Assembly (NCBI GenBank): GCA_044450765.1
Contig: JBIOJK010000002.1
Coordinates: 4,281-68,280 of the forward strand
Reading direction: 5' to 3'
Length of the DNA: 64,000 nucleotides
Source: Myxococcota bacterium
GTDB taxonomy: Bacteria > Myxococcota_A > UBA9160 > SZUA-336
This document shows positions 20,459 to 30,467 of the stretch, piece by piece. How positions within the stretch are numbered: position 1 is the stretch's first letter; every line of letters starts with the position of its first letter. The translations under genes were made by a program, and so were the position numbers. The notes beneath the pieces were generated by a model that saw only the letters and a program-made list of their open reading frames with translations, was not told the origin of the DNA and did no database searches.

Positions 20459-22171
20459 GTGGACGCCATTCGGCACGACATCATCTTGGTCGGCGGCGGC
20501 GGCGCGGGCCTGCGGGCGGCGATCGCAGCCGTCGAGGCGAATCCGAACCTCAGCGTCGCCTGCGTCTCGAAGCTGTATCCGATGCGGAGTCACACCGTGT
20601 CTGCCGAGGGCGGCGCCGCCGGCGTCGCACGCGACGACGACAATCTCGACCTGCACGCGTACGACACGCTGAAGGGCAGTGACTTCCTGGCGGACCAGGA
20701 TGCGGTGGAGATCTTCGTGGAAGCCGCGCCCCGCGAGCTGGTCCAGCTCGAGCACTGGGGCTGCCCGTGGAGCCGCGAGAAGGACGGCCGCGTCGCGGTG
20801 CGTGCGTTCGGCGGCATGAGCACGAAGCGCACCTGGTATGCGACCGACAAGACCGGCGTCCACATGCTGCACGCGCTCTTCCAGACCTCGCTGAAGTACG
20901 AGCGCATCGTCCGCTACGACGAGTATTTCGCGACGAAGATCCTGGTCGAGAACGGCCGCGCGGTCGGCGTCGCGGCGTTCGACATCCGCAGCGGCCAGAT
21001 GCACGCGGTGCTCGGGCGCGCGGTGATTCTGTGCACCGGCGGCGCGGGCCGCATCTTCCCGTTCACCACCAACGCGGCGGTGAAGACCGGCGACGGCATG
21101 GCGCTCGCGTACCGCGCCGGCGTCGGCCTGAAGGACATGGAATTCGTCCAGTATCACCCGACCGGTTTGCCGGGCACGGGCATCCTGATGACCGAGGCGT
21201 CGCGCGGCGAGGGCGGGTATCTCAAGAACAACAAGGGCGAGCGCTTCCTCGTCGAGTACGACTACGGCGTCGGGAACAAGGCGGAGCTCGGGCCGCGCGA
21301 CATGGTGTCTCGCGCGGAGATGCGCGAGTTCCAAGCGGGCCGCGGCTTCAAAGGACCCTACGGCGACTACGTGCACCTCGAGCTGATGCACCTGGGCGAG
21401 GAGAAGATCGACAAGCGGCTGCCGTTCGTGCGCGAGCTCGCGAAGAACTACGTCGGCGTCGACCCCGTGTGGGCGCCGATCCCCGTGCGCCCTGTCGTGC
21501 ACTACATGATGGGCGGCGTCGACACGGACAAGAACGGAGCGACCGAGCTGCCCGGGCTCTACGCCGCGGGCGAGTGCGCGTGTGTCTCGATCAACGGTGC
21601 GAACCGGCTCGGCTCCAACTCGCTCACCGAGTGTCTCGTCTTCGGCGCGCGCTCGGGCCAGGCCGCGGCGGAGTTCGCCAAGGGCTCCTCCGCCGGCTCG
21701 GAGTCCGGCGCGCTCGAGCAGGCGCGCTCGGAAGAGGCGCGCCTGGCGCGGCTGCGCGGCAAGCACGGCGGCGAGAAGATCGCGCAGATCCGGCGCGAGC
21801 TGAATCACTCGACCGAATCGGGCTGCGGTGTGTTTCGCGAAGAGGACTCGATGCGCGCGGCGCTCGAGACGATCACCCAGCTGAAGGGCCGCTACGCCGA
21901 CGTCGGCCTCTCGGACAAGAGCGCAATCTTCAACACCGAAGTGGTTCAGGCGCTCGAGCTCGGAAACATGCTCGACGTGGCGGAGGCGGTGGCGCTCGCC
22001 GCGCTGCAGCGGCGCGAGTCGCGCGGCGCCCACACGCGAACCGACTTCCCGACGCGCGACGACGCGCAGTTCTGGAAACACTCGCTCGTGAAGTTCGCGC
22101 CGGACGGTCCGCGCCTGTCGTACAAGCCCGTGACGAAGACGCGCTGGGAGCTCGAGGAGCGGAAGTACTGA
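20459..22171 (+). CDS. frdA: Fumarate reductase flavoprotein subunit
   Basis: FAD motif [15 protein letters not shown], covalent-FAD His ([10 protein letters not shown]), HPTG, RLGSNSL. GTG start after GGGGAGGA. Confidence 0.9.
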   Translation: MDAIRHDIILVGGGGAGLRAAIAAVEANPNLSVACVSKLYPMRSHTVSAEGGAAGVARDDDNLDLHAYDTLKGSDFLADQDAVEIFVEAAPRELVQLEHWGCPWSREKDGRVAVRAFGGMSTKRTWYATDKTGVHMLHALFQTSLKYERIVRYDEYFATKILVENGRAVGVAAFDIRSGQMHAVLGRAVILCTGGAGRIFPFTTNAAVKTGDGMALAYRAGVGLKDMEFVQYHPTGLPGTGILMTEASRGEGGYLKNNKGERFLVEYDYGVGNKAELGPRDMVSRAEMREFQAGRGFKGPYGDYVHLELMHLGEEKIDKRLPFVRELAKNYVGVDPVWAPIPVRPVVHYMMGGVDTDKNGATELPGLYAAGECACVSINGANRLGSNSLTECLVFGARSGQAAAEFAKGSSAGSESGALEQARSEEARLARLRGKHGGEKIAQIRRELNHSTESGCGVFREEDSMRAALETITQLKGRYADVGLSDKSAIFNTEVVQALELGNMLDVAEAVALAALQRRESRGAHTRTDFPTRDDAQFWKHSLVKFAPDGPRLSYKPVTKTRWELEERKY

Positions 22172-22172
22172 C

Positions 22173-22913
22173 ATGGAGCTGCGCAAGCTGAAGTTCGAGG
22201 TCCTGCGCTTCCGGCCCGATCAGGACCAGGAGCCGGTCTTCCAGACCTACGAGATCGAGTGCATGGAGGACTGGGTCGTCCTCGACGCGCTGAACGCGAT
22301 CAAGGACGACGTCGACCCGACTCTCTCGCACCGCTGGTCGTGTCGCATGGGCGTGTGCGGCAGCTGCGGCATGTTGGTGAACGGCCGGCCGGTGCTCACC
22401 TGCGCGGCGTTCGTGCGGAACTACTCCGGCACGATCCGGGTCGAGCCGCTCTCGAATTTCCCGATCGTGCGCGATTTGGTCGTCGACCTCGACGGCTTCG
22501 TCGCGAAGATCAAGAGCGTGAAGCCCTGGATCATCCGCAAGCTCGAGAAGGACGTCGCGGACGGCGAGGTCCGCCAGTCACCCGAGCAGCTCGAAGAGTT
22601 CAAACAATTCTCGATGTGCATCAACTGCGCGCTCTGCTACGCCGCCTGCCCTGTGCTCGCGAACGAGCCGGACTTCGTCGGCCCGGCCGCGATCGCGCTC
22701 GGCCACCGCTACAACCTGGACTCGCGCGACGAGGGCAACGCCGAGCGCTTCGACGTGCTCGACTCACACGACGGCGTCTACGCCTGCTCCTACGCGAACG
22801 AGTGCAGCCAGGTCTGTCCGAAGCACGTAGACCCGGCGATGGCGATTCAGCAGGCGAAGCTGAACGACTTCCTGCAGTGGGCGCACCTGCTGCCGAAGCG
22901 GAGCTTCGCGTGA
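22173..22913 (+). CDS. frdB: Fumarate reductase iron-sulfur subunit
   Basis: 2Fe-2S ([10 protein letters not shown]), 4Fe-4S ([12 protein letters not shown]) and 3Fe-4S ([12 protein letters not shown]) cysteine clusters. Confidence 0.92.
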   Translation: MELRKLKFEVLRFRPDQDQEPVFQTYEIECMEDWVVLDALNAIKDDVDPTLSHRWSCRMGVCGSCGMLVNGRPVLTCAAFVRNYSGTIRVEPLSNFPIVRDLVVDLDGFVAKIKSVKPWIIRKLEKDVADGEVRQSPEQLEEFKQFSMCINCALCYAACPVLANEPDFVGPAAIALGHRYNLDSRDEGNAERFDVLDSHDGVYACSYANECSQVCPKHVDPAMAIQQAKLNDFLQWAHLLPKRSFA

Positions 22914-23335
22914 GCGCGCGCGCGCAAACCGCGGAGAAGACGCGCACGGCGCCGGCGCGACCGCCGTCCGGCTTCCCGTTCGGCTTCTACCGCTATCGCA
23001 ACTACGTGCTGTTCGCGGCGACCAGCGTGTTCATGGCGCTCGGCTGCTTCGCGCTGCTCGAGGGGCTGCACGCGCTCTCGCGCGGCGAGGCGGCCTGGAA
23101 CGCGTGGCTGGCCGCGCTGGCGGCGCCACCCTTTCTCGCGCTGTCGACGGTGATTCTGCTGTTCACGCTGTACTTCGTGTTCCGCTTCGGCTGGGTCGGG
23201 CGGAAGATCGGCGCAGGCCGGGTCGGTCCGCTGCCGCGCCCGCCGCTGCCGCTGCCACTTCTCGGTGTGGCCCCTCTCGGCGGCTTCGTGACTCTCTGGC
23301 TGATCTTGCTCGCGATCCTCGCGGGAATCATCTGA
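22910..23335 (+). CDS. frdC: Fumarate reductase membrane subunit C
   Basis: GTGA overlap with frdB. Three TM helices. Resembles E. coli FrdC as I recall it ([23 protein letters not shown]). Confidence 0.75.
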   Translation: MSARAQTAEKTRTAPARPPSGFPFGFYRYRNYVLFAATSVFMALGCFALLEGLHALSRGEAAWNAWLAALAAPPFLALSTVILLFTLYFVFRFGWVGRKIGAGRVGPLPRPPLPLPLLGVAPLGGFVTLWLILLAILAGII

Positions 23336-23688
23336 TGAAGCTGATTCACAAGCTCGAGCCCCTGTGGTGGATCCTGTTCGGTGCGGGCGGCTTCACCGCG
23401 TGTTTCTTCCTGCCCGCGCTCTTCCTCGGCGTCTTGATCCTCGGGCCGCTCGGCGCGCTCGGCGCCGGTCTCTCGTTCGATCACGCGCACGCGCTCGCCG
23501 CGAGTCTGCCCGGCAAGGTCTTCCTGAGCGCGGTGATCTCGCTCGTGCTCTGGCACTGTGCGCATCACCTGCGCCATTTCACGCTGGACCTGGGCGGCCA
23601 CGCGCTGGCGCCGATCGCCGCGTACGCGAGCTACGGGCTCGCGCTCGCCGGCACGCTCGCCACCCTAGCGATCGTCGGCTCGCTCTAG
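23335..23688 (+). CDS. frdD: Fumarate reductase membrane subunit D
   Basis: TGATG overlap with frdC. EPLWWILFGAGG and LWHCAHHLRH match the E. coli FrdD pattern as I recall it. Confidence 0.8.
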   Translation: MKLIHKLEPLWWILFGAGGFTACFFLPALFLGVLILGPLGALGAGLSFDHAHALAASLPGKVFLSAVISLVLWHCAHHLRHFTLDLGGHALAPIAAYASYGLALAGTLATLAIVGSL

Positions 23689-24855
23689 CTCGGCCAGGAT
23701 CGCGGCGCGGTCGGCGTCGAGGTCGGGCGCGGGCCGGCGCACGTCCGACTCCACGACGCCGTCGAGCTTCACCGGGAAGCCCGGCATCTCGAGCTTGCCG
23801 GCGATCGGATCGTCGACTGACACGATCATGTGTCGCGCGCGCACGTGCGGATCGGCGAGCACCGCAGCGATGTCGTTGATCGGACCGCAGGGGACGCCCG
23901 CGCGCTCGAAGCGGGCGAGCCAGTCCGCCGCGCCGCGCGCTGCGAGGCGCTTCTCGATCTCGGCGCCGAGCGCGTCGGCGTTGCGCACGCGGTCGGGAAT
24001 CGTCGCGAAGCGCGAGTCAGTCGCCAGCTCCGGCGCGTCGAGCACGTCGCAGACCCGGTGATAGGCGGGATCGTGGCCGGCCGCGATCACGATCGGCTTG
24101 TCGCGCGTCTTGAACGCCGCGAACGGGGCGATCGACGGATGGCGCGCGCCGAGCGGTCCGGGCACCTGACCGGTCGCGGCGTAGCGCGCGATCGCGTTCT
24201 CGAGGATCGCGACCTGTGAGTCGAGCATCGCCACGTCGATCCAGCGCCCGAGCCCGGTCGCCGCGCGCTCGTGCAGCGCGCCGAGGATGCCGATCGCGCC
24301 GAACAGGCCCGCGGTGATGTCTCCGATCGACGTGCCGACCCGCGTCGGAGGGCCGCCGGGATGACCGGTCAGGCTCATCACTCCGCCCATCGCCTGCACG
24401 ACCATGTCGAATGCCGGGCGCCGCGCGTAGGGCCCCGTCTGACCGAAGCCGGAGATCGACGCGAGAATCAGTGCCGGCCAGCGCGCGTGCAGCACCGGCC
24501 AGTCGAGCCGGTGCTTCGCGAGCACGCCGGGGCGGTAGTTCTCCGCCAGCACGTCCGCGCGCGCGACGAGTCTCTCGAAGATCGCGCGGTCGGTGTCCAC
24601 CCCGAGGTCGAGCGCGATGCTCTCCTTGCCGCGGTTGAGCGACATGAAATACGCGGACTTGCCGCGGATGTGGGGGCCGACCTCGCGCGCGTCGTCGCCC
24701 GTTCCGGGCCGCTCGACCTTGATCACCCGGGCGCCCAGCTCGGCGAGCACGAGCGTGCAGTAGGGACCGGCGAGCACGCGGGTCAGATCGACGACGGTGA
24801 CGCCGCTGAGTGGCCCGCGCGCGGCAGCTGGTTCTTGGCTCATGCGGGGCGGCAT
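23665..24855 (-). CDS. Family III CoA-transferase (CaiB/BaiF)
   Basis: GVTVVDLTRVLAGPYCT and GDDAR motifs. Start ATG 24855 or 24843. The 3' end overlaps frdD by 24 nt, convergently. Confidence 0.9.
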   Translation of the reverse strand: MPPRMSQEPAAARGPLSGVTVVDLTRVLAGPYCTLVLAELGARVIKVERPGTGDDAREVGPHIRGKSAYFMSLNRGKESIALDLGVDTDRAIFERLVARADVLAENYRPGVLAKHRLDWPVLHARWPALILASISGFGQTGPYARRPAFDMVVQAMGGVMSLTGHPGGPPTRVGTSIGDITAGLFGAIGILGALHERAATGLGRWIDVAMLDSQVAILENAIARYAATGQVPGPLGARHPSIAPFAAFKTRDKPIVIAAGHDPAYHRVCDVLDAPELATDSRFATIPDRVRNADALGAEIEKRLAARGAADWLARFERAGVPCGPINDIAAVLADPHVRARHMIVSVDDPIAGKLEMPGFPVKLDGVVESDVRRPAPDLDADRAAILAELERADDR

Positions 24856-24896
24856 CGTAGCATCCCGAAAGGGCCGACTCGCGCGAACGCGCCCGC

Positions 24897-24916
24897 GGTC
24901 CCGCGGCCGCGGGACC
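24897..24916. promoter_or_regulatory. Perfect 20-bp palindrome in the divergent CoA-transferase / ydeP-like intergenic region
   Basis: GGTCCCGCGGCCGCGGGACC, ending 7 nt before the GTG start at 24924. Confidence 0.45.
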
Positions 24917-24923
24917 CGCGGCC

Positions 24924-27131
24924 GTGCTCTCGACCTTGGAGCAACTGCGCGAGATCGGGCTCGCGCGCGGCCTGCGCGCGCTCGCGCGCGTGAACCAGGT
25001 CGATGGCTTCGACTGCCCCGGCTGCGCCTGGCCCGAGTCTCTGCCGCGCAAGGCGCTCGAGTTCTGCGAGAACGGCGCGAAGGCGGTCGCGCACGAAGCG
25101 ACACCGAAACGTGTCACGCGCGACTTCGCGGCGCGCTGGTCGGTCGCGGAGCTCGCCGCGCAGGAGGACGCCTGGCTCGAGGCCCAGGGCCGGCTGATCG
25201 AGCCGATGCGGCTCGCGCCCGGCGCGACTCACTACGCGCCGATCTCGTGGGACGACGCGTTCGCGCGCATCGCGCAGCATCTGCGCGGGCTGGCGTCGCC
25301 CGACGAGGCGGTGTTCTACACCTCGGGCCGGACCAGCAACGAGGCCGCCTTCCTGTGGCAGCTGTTCGCGCGCGCGTTCGGGACGAACAACTTGCCGGAC
25401 TGCTCGAACATGTGTCACGAGTCCAGCGGCACGGGGCTCGGCGAGTCGATCGGCGAGGGCAAGGGCACCGTTGGGCTCGACGACTTCGCGCTCTGCGACG
25501 CGATCCTCGTGCTCGGTCAGAATCCCGGCTCGAATCACCCTCGCATGCTGACGGTGCTGCAAGCCGCGAAGCGCCGCGGCTGCGCGATCGTGAGCATCAA
25601 CCCGCTGCGCGAGCGCGGGCTGGTCTCGTTCGCGAACCCGCAGGAGGCGCGCGGGCTGCTCGGGTTCGGCACGCGGCTCGCCGATTCTTTCGTGCAGGTG
25701 CGCATCGGCGGCGATGTGGCGCTGCTGCAGGGCGTCGCGAAGTCGCTGCTCGAGCTGGAGACCGCGGCGCCCGGCAGCGCGCTCGACCGCGACTTCATCG
25801 CGACTCACACCTCCGGATTCGAGGCCTGGCGCGCCGCGCTCTCGCGCCGAACGTTCGAAGAGCTCGAGGTCGGGTCGGGAATCGCGCGCGCCCAGATGCG
25901 CGAGCTCGCGCGACTCTACGCGAGCTCGAAGGCGGTGATCGCGTGCTGGGCGATGGGACTCACTCAGCACGAGCACGGCGTCGCGAACGTGCAGGAGCTC
26001 GTGAACCTGCTGCTGCTGCGCGGGAACATCGGCCGGCCCGGCGCGGGCCCTTGCCCCGTGCGCGGGCACAGCAACGTGCAGGGCGACCGCACGATGGGCA
26101 TCTGGGAGCGGCCGACGGCGGAGTTTCTGGCGCGGCTCGGCTCCGAGTTCGGCTTCTCGCCTCCCGCGGAGCACGGCCTCGACACGGTCGCGGCGCTGCA
26201 GGCGCTGCACGCCGGCCGCGCGAAGGTCTTCATCGCGCTCGGCGGAAACTTCGCCGCCGCGACGCCGGACACCGCGTTCAGCCACGAAGCGCTGCGCCGC
26301 GCCGAGCTCACGGTGCAGATCTCGACCACGCTGAACCGCTCGCACCTGGTCCACGGTCGCGAGGCGCTGCTGCTGCCCGCCCTGGGCCGCACCGAGCGCG
26401 ATACACAGAACGGTGTCGACCAGTTCGTCACGGTGGAGGATTCGATGCGCTGCGTGCACCGCTCGCAGGGGCGGCTTCCGCCGGCGGGCCCGGGCCAGCG
26501 CAGCGAGCCGGCGATCGTCGCGGGCATCGCGCAGGCGGTGCTGGGCCCCGACGCGCGCCTGCCGTGGCCGGCGCTCGCGAGCGACTACGACCGGATTCGC
26601 GAGCGCATCGCGCGCGTGATTCCGGGCTTCGAGGACATGAATCGCCGCGTGCGCGAGGACGGCGGCTTCGTGCTGCCCAGCGCCGCCGGCGCGCGCTCGT
26701 TCCGCACCGCCTCCGGCCGCGCACAGTTCACGGTCCAAGACCCGCCGGACGCCGAGCTTCCGCCCGGTCAGCTCTGGATGATGACCATCCGCAGTCACGA
26801 TCAGTACAACACCACGGTGTACGGCGACGACGACCGCTATCGCGGCATCCGCGGCGAGCGGCGCGTGGTGCTCCTGAGTCCCGCCCAGATCGCGCTGGCG
26901 GGTCTCGAGGCGGGGCAGGCGGTGGAGCTCACGAGTCACTGGCGCGGAGAGACGCGCAGCCTGCGCGGCTTCCGCGTGCGCGCCCACGACCTGCCGCTCG
27001 GCTGCGCGGCGACTTACTTCCCCGAGGCGAACGCGCTGGTTCCGGTCGGCGCATTCGCGCCGCGCAGCCGAACCCCGGCCTACAAGTCGGTGGCGATCTC
27101 GCTGCGCGCCGACGGGGCCGCGGGGCCATGA
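24924..27131 (+). CDS. YdeP/FdhF-like molybdopterin oxidoreductase
   Basis: N-terminal FDCPGCAWPE cysteine motif, MopB domain (CSNMCHESSG). 735 aa with a GTG start. Confidence 0.85.
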   Translation: MLSTLEQLREIGLARGLRALARVNQVDGFDCPGCAWPESLPRKALEFCENGAKAVAHEATPKRVTRDFAARWSVAELAAQEDAWLEAQGRLIEPMRLAPGATHYAPISWDDAFARIAQHLRGLASPDEAVFYTSGRTSNEAAFLWQLFARAFGTNNLPDCSNMCHESSGTGLGESIGEGKGTVGLDDFALCDAILVLGQNPGSNHPRMLTVLQAAKRRGCAIVSINPLRERGLVSFANPQEARGLLGFGTRLADSFVQVRIGGDVALLQGVAKSLLELETAAPGSALDRDFIATHTSGFEAWRAALSRRTFEELEVGSGIARAQMRELARLYASSKAVIACWAMGLTQHEHGVANVQELVNLLLLRGNIGRPGAGPCPVRGHSNVQGDRTMGIWERPTAEFLARLGSEFGFSPPAEHGLDTVAALQALHAGRAKVFIALGGNFAAATPDTAFSHEALRRAELTVQISTTLNRSHLVHGREALLLPALGRTERDTQNGVDQFVTVEDSMRCVHRSQGRLPPAGPGQRSEPAIVAGIAQAVLGPDARLPWPALASDYDRIRERIARVIPGFEDMNRRVREDGGFVLPSAAGARSFRTASGRAQFTVQDPPDAELPPGQLWMMTIRSHDQYNTTVYGDDDRYRGIRGERRVVLLSPAQIALAGLEAGQAVELTSHWRGETRSLRGFRVRAHDLPLGCAATYFPEANALVPVGAFAPRSRTPAYKSVAISLRADGAAGP

Positions 27132-30100
27132 CCTGCGCGTCGTGCGGCGCCTCGAATCGCGCACAGGCGCACTTCTGCGACGGATGCGGCGCCAAGCTGG
27201 TCGCGCGCGCGGCGCTGCCCAGCGCGGGCGAGCCGCGCGTCTACACGCCGCAGCACTTGGCCGAGCGGATCCTTCGCTCGCGAAGCGCGCTGGAAGGCGA
27301 GCGCAAACAGGTCACGGTGCTCTTTGCCGACGTGCGCGAGTCGATGCAGCTGTCCGAGTCACTCGGCATCGAGACCTGGCACGCGACACTGGACCGCTTC
27401 TTCCAGGTGCTCGCCGAAGGCGTGCACCGCTTCGAGGGTACGATCAACCAATACACCGGCGACGGCGTGATGGCCCTGTTCGGCGCGCCGCTCGCGCTCG
27501 AGGACCACGCGGAGCGCGCCTGTGCCTGCGCGCTGTCACTGCGCGAGCCGCTGCGGCGCCTCGCGCACGAGCTTCGGCGCGCGCACGGCGTGGACTTCGC
27601 GGTCCGCATGGGTCTGCACTCGGGTGAGGTCGTCGTCGGCAAGATCGGCGACGACCTGCGCATGGACTACACCGCGCAAGGCCCGGTCGTCGGCACCGCG
27701 CAGCGCATCGAGCAGCTCGCCGAGACCGGGCGGCCGTACCTGTCGGAAGCGACGGCGCGCCTGGTCGAGGGATACTTCGCGCTCGAGGACCAGGGCGAGC
27801 TGGCGCTGAAGGGCGTGCGCGCGCCGATGCGCGTATTCGCGCTCGACGGCGAGGGTCCTCTGCACAGCCGGCTCGAACGCGCGCGCCGGCGCGGCTTTTC
27901 GCGCTTCGTCGGCCGCGCGCGCGAGCTCTCCGCGCTGGAGGGCGCGCTCGGCGATGCGCAGGCCGCCGCGCGGCGCTTCGCGATCGTGGGCGATGCGGGG
28001 TCGGGAAAGAGCCGGCTCTGTCACGAGCTCGCCGTTCGCGCAAGCGCGCGCGGTGCGCGCGTGGTGACCGCCCACTGCACCGCGCGTTCCGACCTGCCGC
28101 TGGTGCCGGTGCGCGAGCTGCTCGCCGGGCTCGTCGGCCTGCGGCACGGCGACGAGTCACTCGCGGCGCGCCGCAAGATCGCCGGCGCGCTCTTGCTCGC
28201 GGATCCCGACCTGCAGCCGCGCCTTCCCGGGATCTTCACGTTCTTCGGCGTCGCCGATCCCGCACAGCAGGCGCCGCCGGTCGAGCCCGGCTCGCTCCAG
28301 GAGCAGCTCGTGCGCATCGCCGAGCTCCTGCTCCGAACCGCGAGCGAGCGCGAGATCGTCCTGGTGCTGATCGAGGACACGCACTGGTGCGACTCGCTCT
28401 CGGAGAGCGTGCTCGGCAGGCTGCGGGACCGGTCGCCGCGGCGCGCGCTGCTCTGGGTCGAGAATGCGCGGCCAGGGGCGAGTGAGTCGCTGCTGCGCGG
28501 CGCCGAACGACTCGAGCTCGCGCCGCTCGACGACTCGGCAGTCGACGAGCTGCTCGCCGATCTCCTGGGGGCCGACCCGGCGCTTGCGGAGCTCAAGACA
28601 GAGGTTCGCGAGCGCGCCGCGGGGAACCCGTTCTTCGTCGAGGAGCTCGTGCTCTCGCTGGTCGAGAGCGGCGTGCTCGTCGGGGACCCGGGCCAGCGCA
28701 GTCTAGGGCGCAGCGCGCCCGCGCCCGTGCTCCCGGCCACCGTCCAGGCGGTGCTCGCGGCCCGCATCGATCGGCTCGGCGAACGCGAGAAGGCGCTGCT
28801 GGGCCTCGCGGCGGTGATCGGACGCGACGTGCCAGAGTCACTGCTGAGCGAGCTCTGCGCGCTCGATGGCCCGACGTTCTCGCAAGCTTGTGCCGAGCTC
28901 GCACAGGCGGAGCTCCTGCTCGAGGCCGCGCAGGCGCCGGAGCGCGTGCTGCGCTTCAAGCACCCGCTGACTCAAGAGGTCGCCTACGGACAGCAGCTCG
29001 CCGCGGCGCGCGCGCGCCTTCATGCGGCGGTGGCACGGGTGCTGGCGCGCGACGCCGAGGAGGCGCCGGAAGCGCTGGCGGCAATCGTCTCCGATCACTT
29101 CGAGCGCGCGGGGGAGACCGTCGCGGCGGCGCGCTGGCTGATGCGTGCGGCGCTCGCCTCCGAGAGACACGATGCGCGCCACGCGGCCGAGCGTTGGCGC
29201 CGCGCGTACGACTCACTCTCCGCGCTCTCTACAACTCCGGCTACCGAGGAGCTCGCGATCGAGGCAGCCTTGGGCGCGCTGGTCTCCGGCTTCTACGCGC
29301 AGCCCGGAGTCTCGCCGGAAGCTCTGAGGCAGCTCGCTGACGAGGCTCTCGCCCGCGCCGAGCGCCTCGGCTCGCAGTCGGCTCTCTCCGCGCTCCACAC
29401 CCATGCCGCGCTCCTCGCATTGCTGGCGCGCGATCTCGAGCGAGTTCTGTCCCACTCCGACCGCGCGCTCGATCACGCCGAGCGGTCCGGCGACCGCCGT
29501 CTGCGCGATGCGGTGCGCGGGCGCTTGGCCTACTCGGATCTCTACTCCCGAGGCGAGCGAGAGACGCTGCGGCGGATCGACGAGGCGCTCGCCGCCGGGC
29601 CGGTGGCCGATCTGGTCGACCCGCGCTGGGGGCTGCGCGACAGCCCGCGGCTCCGGCTGCTCGTATTTCGCGCCTACGCCCTCGCGGGGGTCGGCCGCCC
29701 TAGCGAGGCGGAGGCGCTGTTCAGCGAAGTTCTCGGGGCTGCAGTCGACGGCGGCCACCTGGCGACCGAGTTCGCAGCGCAGATCGGCCGGACGGCGCTG
29801 CTGCGTTTACTCGGGAACGGGGACGCCAGCCTCGCGCTCGGACGCCAAGTGATCGAACGGGCCGATGCGGTCGGGGCCGCCTATTGGCGGCAGGGTGCAG
29901 AGATCGCGTGCGTGCAAGCCCAAGCGCTGATGGGTGACTGGTCGGCTGCGCTCGCGGGCTGCGATCGGCTTCTCCGCGGGCCGACGTTCCGTGGCTCCAC
30001 CGCCGCCCTCCGCGCGCTCCGGGTCGAGGCGCTGGTGCGCACGGGCGACGTCCCGCGAGCGCGCGCTCTGCTCGCGGAGCTCGAGGCCCAGTTCGGCATC

Positions 30101-30436
30101 GCGTTCAACGACGAGCAGTTCGGCCCGACCGTGCCTGTGTCTCCTCGACTGTCTCTGACTCGCGCGCGGCTGGCCCTCGATGGCGTCTCGGCGCGCCCGG
30201 CCGTCGAGGCGCTGCTCGATGCCCAGGCCGAGCGCGAGCTGCGCCACGGCTCGCCTGTGAGCGACGCTTACATTGCGCTGGAGCGCGCCGAGCTGGCGCG
30301 CGTCCTCGGCGACGAGTCGGGCTGGCGCGGACACCTCGAGATCGCACTGCGGGGCTTCGCGAGCGGTCCGGTGCCGCGTCTGGTCGAGTGGACGAACCGG
30401 CAGCTCGCGCGCGGCTTCGCCGCAACCCAACGCTGA
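27128..30436 (+). CDS. Zn-ribbon, class III nucleotidyl cyclase, STAND/AAA ATPase, TPR multidomain signalling protein
   Basis: CASCG...CDGCG ribbon. Cyclase motifs VTVLFADVRES and YTGDGVMALFG. Walker A GDAGSGKS, Walker B LVLIEDTHW. Long helical-repeat C-terminus. ATGA overlap with the upstream gene. Confidence 0.85.
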   Translation: MTCASCGASNRAQAHFCDGCGAKLVARAALPSAGEPRVYTPQHLAERILRSRSALEGERKQVTVLFADVRESMQLSESLGIETWHATLDRFFQVLAEGVHRFEGTINQYTGDGVMALFGAPLALEDHAERACACALSLREPLRRLAHELRRAHGVDFAVRMGLHSGEVVVGKIGDDLRMDYTAQGPVVGTAQRIEQLAETGRPYLSEATARLVEGYFALEDQGELALKGVRAPMRVFALDGEGPLHSRLERARRRGFSRFVGRARELSALEGALGDAQAAARRFAIVGDAGSGKSRLCHELAVRASARGARVVTAHCTARSDLPLVPVRELLAGLVGLRHGDESLAARRKIAGALLLADPDLQPRLPGIFTFFGVADPAQQAPPVEPGSLQEQLVRIAELLLRTASEREIVLVLIEDTHWCDSLSESVLGRLRDRSPRRALLWVENARPGASESLLRGAERLELAPLDDSAVDELLADLLGADPALAELKTEVRERAAGNPFFVEELVLSLVESGVLVGDPGQRSLGRSAPAPVLPATVQAVLAARIDRLGEREKALLGLAAVIGRDVPESLLSELCALDGPTFSQACAELAQAELLLEAAQAPERVLRFKHPLTQEVAYGQQLAAARARLHAAVARVLARDAEEAPEALAAIVSDHFERAGETVAAARWLMRAALASERHDARHAAERWRRAYDSLSALSTTPATEELAIEAALGALVSGFYAQPGVSPEALRQLADEALARAERLGSQSALSALHTHAALLALLARDLERVLSHSDRALDHAERSGDRRLRDAVRGRLAYSDLYSRGERETLRRIDEALAAGPVADLVDPRWGLRDSPRLRLLVFRAYALAGVGRPSEAEALFSEVLGAAVDGGHLATEFAAQIGRTALLRLLGNGDASLALGRQVIERADAVGAAYWRQGAEIACVQAQALMGDWSAALAGCDRLLRGPTFRGSTAALRALRVEALVRTGDVPRARALLAELEAQFGIAFNDEQFGPTVPVSPRLSLTRARLALDGVSARPAVEALLDAQAERELRHGSPVSDAYIALERAELARVLGDESGWRGHLEIALRGFASGPVPRLVEWTNRQLARGFAATQR

Positions 30437-30467
30437 CCGCTCCGACTGGCTTTCTGCGCCGGTTTCG

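Noticed and set aside
24924-27131. A possible selenocysteine (in-frame TGA) in the FdhF/YdeP-like molybdoenzyme.
   Set aside because: The ORF is uninterrupted, and the relevant position lies in a Cys-containing motif (CSNMCHESSG). No SECIS-like context was needed or seen.
24797-30436. An apparent single 1879-aa ORF.
   Set aside because: The first 2.3 kb is an open alternative frame across the ydeP-like gene and translates as Arg-rich nonsense. The recognisable protein begins at ATG 27128 with the Zn-ribbon MTCASCG.
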